NCBI RefSeq assembly: GCF_001194135.2
Contig: NC_069001.1
Coordinates: 27,385,852 to 27,449,851 of the forward strand
Origin: Octopus bimaculoides
Lineage: Eukaryota
Direction of reading: 5' to 3'
DNA: 64,000 nt
Positions 54,136-64,000 of the stretch are shown in pieces. The notes under the pieces are model-generated. The model was not told the origin of the DNA and searched no databases. It saw only the letters and a list, made by a program, of their open reading frames with translations. The position numbers and the translations under genes were made by a program. Each line of letters begins with the position of its first letter. Positions within the stretch are counted from its first letter, which is position 1.

Positions 54136-55193
54136 TAGTAAATAAAACAAATCGAAGCACAAATTCGAGAGAAAACAACGCTTAGGCATTGCAAGGCTAC
54201 AGCTTGCTGTAGAGCTCAATATACGTATGTTTCCGAACGCAGTGTTCTACGATTATGGATCGGTAAAAGTAAAAGTCGATGGCAAAGTGTACTCATATTC
54301 ACAGTGTACTCATATTCACAAGCGTAATTTTTTCCCAACTACATTGCAATTCATATTCGATGCTCCGATGAAACTAGGTGTTGTTATTTAGACAATTAAC
54401 TATGAGTCCACTAATTCAAGTAGCACAAACAGCTGTAAGCTAATATTAATGACATCATGTCATTTATTCTTTTGTCTTCTCTTTTTCTTATATGTATATA
54501 TATATATACATATGGATGTGTTTGTGTGTATGTACACTCATTCTATCTTCCTCTAACACTGAACTGCATTGTTTATACAATTCAACACCTGTTTGTTGCA
54601 GGCGGTGGTGAACATACACAAATACACACACACACAGATACACTCATACACACACCTCATTCACGAAGTACTGACAAAACGAAAGCAAATTTTAAAATAC
54701 TTAACAAATATGCGTATCTTTTAAGATAGAAACCCAACTAGAATCGTTGTGATACGGTTAACCACATAGCCATACGTACAACTATGTTGTACTTGCAGTG
54801 TATTAATGTTTGCGAACAGTCATTTCCTGATTGGCATTCCGCTTATAATTGGCGTAATTGCTTCCAACATTTGTTATAAGCTTCCGCTGCACACGTGTAT
54901 GTTCATGCACGCACACGCGCGCACACAAACACAGATACATACACACGGGAATGTGTGTGTGTTTGTCTATGTAATTACGTTCTTTTTGTGTATTGAGAAA
55001 GAAAAACGCTGCACTCATTGACTTGTCCTACTACATAATTCATCTATTGTATTGTAATTACTTCGACTCTTGTTTTTCATATGACTTCCCTTACTTCATG
55101 TTAAAGAAATTCATCCTCGCATATTATACATAATCACGCGCAAATAAAAAATAAGCGAAGAAATTGTGTGTATGTGTGCATGTGTCTATGCAT

Positions 55194-55229
<36 letters not shown>

Positions 55230-55270
55230 TATGTTATATTATATATAGTGTTATATATATTATATATTAC

Positions 55271-55306
<36 letters not shown>

Positions 55307-55999
55307 ATATTATGTTATATTATATATTACGTTATATATATATATATATAATCATGTACAGAGACATAGATAGGCAGGTAAATGTGTAGGTAGATTGATT
55401 TATAGATAGACAGACTGACAAATAAATAGGCAAATAGATCGATAGATGGATAGATAGATACATTGATAAATAGATAGGTGTTATATTGTTTTTCATCTAC
55501 AATACATATCTTCTATTTCTTGATTAGAGAGCTACTCGTAATTAAGTCACTTATAACTCTGTCTTGTGTTGTACACACGCACTCACCATTCTATATAATC
55601 ATGTGAGCGTGTATATAGGCACATCGACATGATACTTTTCACTGTGGTCATAAATAAGAGAGATATTTTGAAGCACTACGTCTCTAGGCCTTGAAATTTG
55701 TGTTTTATTTTGATTTCCTCGTGTATATTTGTACGTGCCGACCTAATTTTCTTCACATGTTCCATTGAACTCGTTACCCCTTGTGTTGTGCTTGTCATAT
55801 TCTGTGTTCGATAAACGCACATCTTTCCAAACAAACACTCACCGACAGATAGCACAAAAGCATACACAAAAAAGGCTCCTACATACAGGCTCATATACTG
55901 ACACGTATTCATAGGCACACGATGTACTTACCTTTAACGTCATGCGCAGTTAAATCTGCAAACGTAAGTTTAAAATTGCCATGTTTATGTATATTCACA

Positions 56000-56193
56000 T
56001 GTCTATCTATCTATCTATCTATATCTATCTATCTCCCTTTCTCTGTTTGTCTCTCTGTCCCCTCTCCCTCCCTCTATCTATCTACACTTATATGTTGCCG
56101 TCTACTGTCTTTTGTATATCTCTCTCACTCTCTCTCTTTTCTCTCCCTCTTTTTCTCTCTCTCTCTCTCTCTCTTTCCTTCCTCTCCCTCTCT

Positions 56194-56250
<57 letters not shown>

Positions 56251-56310
56251 GTCGCTGTCTCTGTCTGTCAGTCTCTATCTATCTATCTATCTATCTACCA
56301 ACCAACCAAC
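56000..56310. repeat. Compound (CT)n/(ATCT)n microsatellite region
   Basis: Seen directly. Confidence 0.9.
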
Positions 56311-56653
56311 AAAACTGTATGTCTCCGTGTAAATATGTTACAAGTCATCTCGTGACCATGCAAGAATTTTTGCTGCGTGAATTTGTTTAGAGTTGATGAA
56401 TTTTTGCACATTACACCATCCAATTTCTGTGCAATCAGATATAACCGACACTATAGAGTTTGTATTTTTACAAGAGTTTGTTTTCTCCCAGAAGGAAGGT
56501 GTAACGGGAACTACGGGCCTCCAACCCCAAAGTTTCACTTGGTCGCTATACATACATATACGTTTATTCTGAAACGCATGATAATGGTAATACAATAGCA
56601 TGAACAGGACAGACTATCGATATATTGCATATATTGCAGAAAAAACCGTTAAC

Positions 56654-56724
56654 GGCCATCCATGAGTCTCGAACTCACATCCTGTGATTACGCGTCAAGT
56701 GCTCTACATTTGAGCTAAATTGCC
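56654..56724 (-). tRNA. tRNA-like pseudogene or tRNA-derived element (CGT at the anticodon position, Thr-like)
   Basis: GGCAATT TA GCTC AAATGTA GAGC A CTTGA CGCGTAA TCACA GGAT GTGAG TTCGAGA CTCAT G GATGGCC. D and T arms pair; acceptor and anticodon stems have mismatches; T6 run about 9 nt downstream. Confidence 0.5.
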
Positions 56725-57215
56725 CAATATATTGTTCTGTAATTTTAGCTTTGTAAGTCGCTAACGTTAAATTCAACTTAAGGTGAAAGTAAGCAAACAA
56801 AGTTTACTTTAGAATCGTTGAGATGTATTGAAAGCTACAGAACTAACTTTTTCTCAAACGCATGATAATGCTAATATAATTGTATGAACAGGGATGGGCA
56901 CGAACTGCTTAGATTTGGGGATCGATCCTGTACCAGACAAGGATTCTGGATTATTTGTTATATTTACTTTACACGATTACCATCTTACGTTCACTTTCAA
57001 ATCTTTCCTAAATTATCTCCCTTTAAGCTGTTTCCAAAGTCTTGTTTTTGTTTCTCTATTGTTAATTTTACTCGCGTCACTGTCTTAGTAGAAACTGATG
57101 GATAAAGAAATTAAACTGCATAAAGATACGGAAGTAAAATTGTTCAGAAATTAAATAATACTAACATATTTTATGGTATATATTATACATACAAATTAAC
57201 AATTTACAGTGTACT

Positions 57216-57255
<40 letters not shown>

Positions 57256-57672
57256 CATACATCTATACATCGATCTAAAACAACAGGAATACAAAAATGA
57301 AGGCTGGAATTTAAGAGAAGAGAATACCAAAAGGTCTCATTCTATTAATTAACATTTCCTGAGTAGAACTTATTATAATTACCTCCGCCTTTGAGACTAT
57401 TTTGAATGTTGAATTTGTTAACGTTGGCTTGTGTTAAATAAAGATAAACTATTTATTAGTGTTACAGAATTTTCTACAGTCATCTTCACATTCCGTGACT
57501 ACCATTGAGATCGAACAGGTACCGGACAATGATTCTGGATTATTTTTCTGTTATTTTTTGATTTTTTTTTTTACTTATTTTTGAGAGCGGTCAGATTCAT
57601 TTTTAGTATTCTCGTTTGTGAGAGCAGTTCTCTTCTTGTGTATGTTTTACAAATAACTACATATACATACAC

Positions 57673-57712
<40 letters not shown>

Positions 57713-57991
57713 CAAATTTACAAAGTAGGTTATTTGCAGTTAGAAATTAAGAGCAAAATTAATAGAGGTCCCAAAAAATGACAGATAGATTCATTTATAT
57801 ACATCTCTTCTTACGTCTATACTACAATATTCCTTATTCCATTACGAACTCAATGCAGTAAGTTGTTATACACGAAAATCGTGTATTAGTCTTTCTCGAA
57901 AAATCCTCAACTATTAATTACATGCTTTCATAAATTTACTTCATCATAGGAAATCTGCACACGTGTATGAAGTCAGAGACGTGGACCCTCA

Positions 57992-58035
<44 letters not shown>

Positions 58036-58036
58036 G

Positions 58037-58074
<38 letters not shown>

Positions 58075-59619
58075 TACGCCCACGCNNNNNNNNNNCGTGT
58101 ATATATATATATATATATATATATCTCAAGGATAATAATTCCTCTTAAAGGGATGTCAGCACCCAAGTTCTTTTTTTCTCATAGATATATATATATATGT
58201 TTGACATGTGTGTGTGTGCGTGTATATAAATGTATATAGATAGACAAATAGACAGCTTCGTGATTTATTCATTATAAAATGTATCTAATATGTAATCCAA
58301 TTAAAATATTGCATCAGCAATTATTAGAACTATAACATAACCGAGATCTCTGTATGTGGCTCACTAACAAGAATTGCTCGCTATTCTTGTATTCAATTGA
58401 TTTACTCAGCATCGTAATCGTTTCATGCGACATAAACTACCATTTGTCACTTATAACGAAATGTTGTTCATACGCCCACGTACCTGATTTATAAAAGATA
58501 TTAGCTTTTCAAATTACACATTATTGTAATGTATTTATGGAAAATGTACAAAAGACGTGATTTATATTTAAATCGTACATGTAGACGCTTTCTGTGCAGA
58601 CTGTCATGTTGTTGCGGAACTCCTGATCAGTACAAAAATAAACAGAACCATATCTAAAAGTGTTTCAGTCGTGATAGAAATATCCAATGCAACCAGTATT
58701 TACGTTGCTTAAGTGTAAATTGAGAGAAGTTTAGCTGTTATTTCTTGTTGGTCGTCAAAGAATAAGAGGTTCCATACTTGGCTTTATAATTTAATGGAAT
58801 TTTAAAGCACGATATGAAATTGAAGGCATGGTATACTGCTATTAATCAAGCAAACCTGCAGTTCACCTTGCTAGAAATTACAATAAATACATACCTAAAA
58901 TGACACGTTCTGTATTAAGTGTGGGCAGATTATATTACGAGGAGTTAGTGAAAATTCCTGGCTTTGGGTAAAAAAATATACAGGTGGATCAGTTAATTAT
59001 GATTTTATTCAACATATTCCCCTTTCAGATTCACATACTTATTGCATTTGTCCTCCAGGTTTTCTAATCCCTGTAAAATAATTCGAAATGTTGGGCCTCC
59101 AACCAGGCCTTACGCGATACCCCTAAAGCCAAGGACATTTCAACAACCCTCGTACTTTGATGCTTTCAATTCACAATAAGTCTTGCCTCTTGAGATTATG
59201 GATGCACTAACACAAATCTAATATTGAGTTAAAATGAAATTCTAATTTACAATCATTTCTGATAGAGACTTCAGGCCAGCAATTTCTGAGAAATAACCAT
59301 TTGAGTATATAAATCGCAGTATTTTACTGGTTCTTCATGTTATCTACTTCGTAAATATGGCAAATAAATTCTACACCTGTGACTTCATCGCAGAATTTAA
59401 ATAGATAGATATGGGGCAGACAAAATTAATTGTTATTTATTTAAATACAAGAACGGTATTTATGACGTGTCTGGCTTTGTCGTTTATATTATTTCCTCTT
59501 CTTGCTTCGTGGTTCATATTAATCAAAAAGCTTTAGAATATTTGCAATTGAGCAGCTTTGGTCGACATGAGTATAATCGCTTGTAGTCCGAGAAAAACGG
59601 TTTTGCAACTCCTTACAGA

Positions 59620-59845
59620 ACGTCTTGCACAAATGATTTGCTCATAGCAATCATACGTTTGTTTTGTAGCTCAGACCCTCTGTCACATTGACGCTGGCGA
59701 CCAGATGCACGTGATGTGCCGAGGTGATCACAGAGTGACCTGAGCTAAAGTGTTCTGTTCAAGAACATAAAGCACCACCCGGTCCAGAATCTGAAACCAG
59801 GATCTTGCTACCGTGAGCGCAACACTCTAACCACTAATCCACGCA
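59620..59845 (-). mobile_element. Degenerate tRNA-headed SINE
   Basis: Minus-strand head gcgtggattagtggttagagtgttgcgctcacgg...ggtttcagattctggaccgg. Confidence 0.55.
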
Positions 59846-59864
59846 AGCTCGACTCGACTCGACT

Positions 59865-60012
<148 letters not shown>

Positions 60013-61529
60013 TTATATGTGGATCATTTAAGGAAAGACCGCGTGTATTAGAAAACATAAAGGTGAGCAACCAAATAAGGTATATTTTCTTTTGTTTCGA
60101 GTCATATTCCAATCCTGATAAGTCAAGTAGCATTCAATTCAGTCTGTCTTTGTTGAAAGGCCGGACGGCATTTCTCTTTGGATATGGTCTTAGTCAGTTT
60201 TGACGTATTTCTACCAAGTTTAGCAGCATAGACATTACCGCGTTGACTCAGAAACATAATCGTTCTGAGAATTCATATAAATACCTACACCAATTCCAGA
60301 ATTTAACTGTGCTTCTCTGAGAATTCTTCTTTCTCAATGATCCACAATTTTGTCGATTACTGACAATGCATGAAGACAGATGCTGCCGAAAATAAGCTTA
60401 AGCTTATTAGATATTATTTTGAGACAACTTTTTCGTGGTCAGTACTTGTATAGGATACCATGGATGATATAAATTACCAGTCCATGTCATGTAAAATATA
60501 ATCATATATAGAAAATAGCGTGTTCGGAAATGATACTGTTATACTAAAAGATTAAATCAACAACTTAGAAATATTTAGGAAGGTACTGTAAGCATCTTCT
60601 CTCAAGCATTAGCACTGCAGCTAATTATTTATATTTAACAATAATATATAATATACTATAAGCCACATATGCTATGTGGCTTCAATCATATATCTATTTA
60701 GATAATTATTACATCTATTTAAATTATTATTATTCGAATTCAAATGTATTTTCCTAATTGTAAAAAATAATATCTAATTAGGTTGAATGAACTTTGTTTA
60801 AACATTAGAAATTAATGGTGGATAAGGTTTGAGGAGATATTGTGTCATTTAAATATTAATTAATACAAGCTTTGATGAAATGCGTACAGTCTTTGATAGA
60901 ATGCCTATAAATGTACGTCTTATAACAGCATTTGAAATATAAATTTGACTTTTTGCTTCATATAGTATATCACTGTGTCGACCTTACTAGCTTTTATGTG
61001 AATTGCAACAATTAATCTAAGGAGATTTCATAACATACGCTTTCATATGAATGAGAATTGCTTTGAACAATTATTTCTTTAAGGATTTTCTGTGAGGAAA
61101 TATTGAATCTCATACTTGACGTTATTTAAAATATGAGTAATAATGAAGGTCGCTCTTATATATAGAGGATATATTTAATCTATTGACGTCAAGATGCAAA
61201 TCCTACAAAAAACTATTGTCTCCAGTTAGAAAGGAAATCTCATGCAAAATGTCAAGAGTTTTGCGAACAAAATTTTATAATTTCAGAGGATATATGCATA
61301 AGGTGCAATGCATCGTATTGGCAGAATTTTCTGTAAGTCATGTTTTTATTCCGCTTCTCTGCAACTTGTCTCTTCCGCTTGTCTGCAAATTCCATTTATG
61401 CTGGTCATGATTTCAGAGGTGATATTTAGTTAACTAATCTAGAGTAGAATACTAGTTGAATAGTTAAATCAACAGGCACATCACCTGCCCTGTAACAGAA
61501 TCTTCCACAGCAGCGCTAAGATCGAGCAG

Positions 61530-61899
61530 TGTCGACACTTGTTGTACGCGGGTTCCGGTTGATCCGATCAACGGAACAGCCTGCTCGTGAAATTAACGTG
61601 CAAGTGGCTGAGCACTTCACAGACACGTGTACCCTCAACGTAGTTCTCGGGGAGATTCAGCATGATAGAGTGTGACAAAGCTGGCCCTTTGAAATACAGG
61701 TACAAGAGAAATAGGAAGAAAGAGTGAGAGAAAGTTGTGGTGAAAGAGTACAGCAGGGTTCGTCAAGACCCCCTGTCGGAGCCTCGTGGAGCTTTAGGTG
61801 TCTTCGGTTAATAAACACTCAAAATACCCGTTCTGGGAATCGAAACCACGATCCTACAACCGCGAGTTCGCTGCCCTAACCACTGGTCCATTGCACTTC
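61530..61899 (-). mobile_element. tRNA-derived SINE, third copy of the 6145/8502 family
   Basis: Aligns along its length with the other two copies; tail degenerate. Confidence 0.88.
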
Positions 61900-63059
61900 C
61901 ACGTCTTGCGCATATACACATACGATTAGGTAGAACTAATTAGTACAAGTAATACGATAGATATATATACACACTGTTGGCGAGTGATGATCTACCAAGA
62001 CTACGCTATTAGAAGTTGGTCTAGTGTTTAATTTATTTCATCATCTCTAATATTTGTTTCATCGATATCGTATGAACGAAATACAATGTAAATGTTGCAG
62101 GATTTGAACTCGGATCCATCACTATCATCGAATCTACTAATTCCTCATAATCCACTACTCTTTGTTATGTAATGGAAATTTGACTATCTGATATACTACT
62201 GTTACTTGTTTTGTGGAATTAAAAACGATGCAAAGCGTAGACGATTGAAATACAAATTTGCGAAGCATAAAAGAAAGATATTTTCAGTTAAAAAAAAAAG
62301 AATCTAAAATAACGCATTAACTAGATGTGTACAAATGAAAAATAAATAAAGATACTCTAGAAACAGCTATAGCCACGCACATAATCACACACCATGGTCA
62401 TACGCACACACTTACACACAAACACAAACACACGCACACACGCTCACGCACATATATATATACGTTTTATAATTTTCTTTCTATTTACTAACTTTGGTTG
62501 ACACAGGAAAAAATTGCTATATTAATCACATATGTGAAATTTTAAATTAATCACATTCTAAAAAGAAAGAAATTGTAGAAAAAAATCTATTATATATCTA
62601 TTTCGATATTTTTTCATTTATTTGTAATTTCTGGAGTTATACAGATTGCTTTTTAAATTCATTATGTCGTGTGTGTGAGGTTATGTGAATTATATTATAG
62701 ATTATTACACGCAGCGACATGGTGGTGGATTGCAGAAACAGAAGTACACCAAACATGTTTTCGTACATTAGTATAAGGCTAGATAGTTTCAGAGAGGCGT
62801 TGATCGATTAAATCGACCTTGGTCCTTCTTTGATATTTGTTTCTGTTGACAAAGTCCAACTCAACGAAAATGCGACGCAGATCTTAAAGACCTACACTGC
62901 GATAACGCATAATAAATGGGTCGTAGAATTTAAGGGCCGCTTATGACCATCAGTCTCTTAATGGTATAGCATATGTTTTCCTCTCATATGTTAAACTGTT
63001 AAGAGACTGATGGACATAAACGACCCTCAAATTCTACTCATTGTCTTATCTCCCTTACC

Positions 63060-63600
63060 TTTTTTCCCCTTCCTTTCTATCACTTGTTTATCTATAACCA
63101 AACCTTGTGTAACGGTTTTAACACGTGAATTGTAGAGACTGCTGCATTTAGACTTACTACATTGTGTACCACAGGGGGGAATCTTGGTATTAATTTCCCG
63201 TGAGTAAATTTTTAAACTTTACTAGTTTACTCTGTTTAACAAAGTTTCTGGATAATTTCTTCCTTTAACACCTTGCCCCTCTTCTCCCGTTAATAGCTTG
63301 TAGTATTCTCGAGTCTTTTAATAGTTCATTCTCTCATCTACGTTCGGATAGTAAATAAATATTCGCACTTAACATATTGGGTTTTTAGACTATTTGTCTA
63401 AACCATGTTTTCTGAACTCTTGCTTCTCCCTTTTGTATGTTCTTGTTATTCACTCTGATGAAGAACGGTTGCCTTAATTTGAATGCCCTATGAAGATGAA
63501 GAATTTTGTTCTCGCATTTATGTATAGATTGCATTCTGGGAAATTTGATCAGAAACTGATGTTAGCTTTGTTCTGTCTTACTTTGTATCAATGAACAAGC
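63060..63600 (-). mobile_element. Possible Penelope-like element relic
   Basis: Pieces HQFLIKFPRMQSIHK...RAFKLRQ...FKNLLTGN*YQDSPCGTQCSKSKC resemble the RT-thumb and Cys-rich linker of Penelope elements; heavily decayed. Confidence 0.25.
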
Positions 63601-64000
63601 TTTAAATGTGGTCCTATCGATGTATATATAGAGCTGTAATGCATTGACAACAAATTAAATGTACCTTCATAGAGTGACCAATGGTTGTGCATCGATAAAG
63701 CGATAGGCCTTATAAACGGTTTGTCAGAACCAAAGGCCGTTGTGTCTGGCGAGCGGTCTATACGGCCTTATGAATGCGAAAACACTGGTCATTCTACATT
63801 ATTTACATTATTTATATTTGACGGATAATTGTCCTCATCTTGTTTATTGTTAACAACGTTTCGGCTGATATACCCTCCAACCTTCATCAGGGTTCTCGTT
63901 CCTAAGGTATTCTTTGATGTTGTTGTTGCTGGTGTTGTTGTTGTTGTTATTATTATTGTTGTTGTTGTTGTTGTTATTATTGTATATATATATATATATA

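Noticed and set aside
54286-54319. 17-bp perfect tandem duplication (agtgtactcatattcac x2)
   Set aside because: An ordinary slippage duplication with no associated feature.
58067-58100. Structure around the 10-N gap (58086-58095)
   Set aside because: A contig join between microsatellites; no biological signal can be supported.
63445-63480. CTGATGA as a second hammerhead core
   Set aside because: I found no matching GAAA with flanking helices nearby.

Overview
AT-rich, repeat-dense eukaryotic DNA with seven N-gaps, most beside (AT)n tracts. The abundant tRNA-derived SINE families look like those of octopus, so this is most likely a short-read Octopus-type scaffold (recognition, not a database result). 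I can support no intact protein-coding gene, rRNA or CRISPR array; nearly all ORFs in the supplied track are microsatellite read-through or antisense shadows. Hand translation reveals at least three decayed NACHT(-LRR), i.e. NLR-like, gene relics in tandem on the minus strand (~4200-250, ~22600-21240, ~33750-31500). Weaker LRR-like, death-fold-like and NACHT-like relics lie on both strands, suggesting a collapsed innate-immune-type gene cluster. Mobile DNA includes L1/Tx1-type LINE fragments, an RLE-type (HERO-like) LINE 3' end inserted into one NLR relic and carrying a permuted hammerhead-like motif, a Merlin-like MITE with a telomere-like core, a Tc1/mariner MITE, a 250-bp foldback and many SINEs. 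All protein-family calls come from by-eye motif matching across stops and frameshifts and need HMM confirmation.
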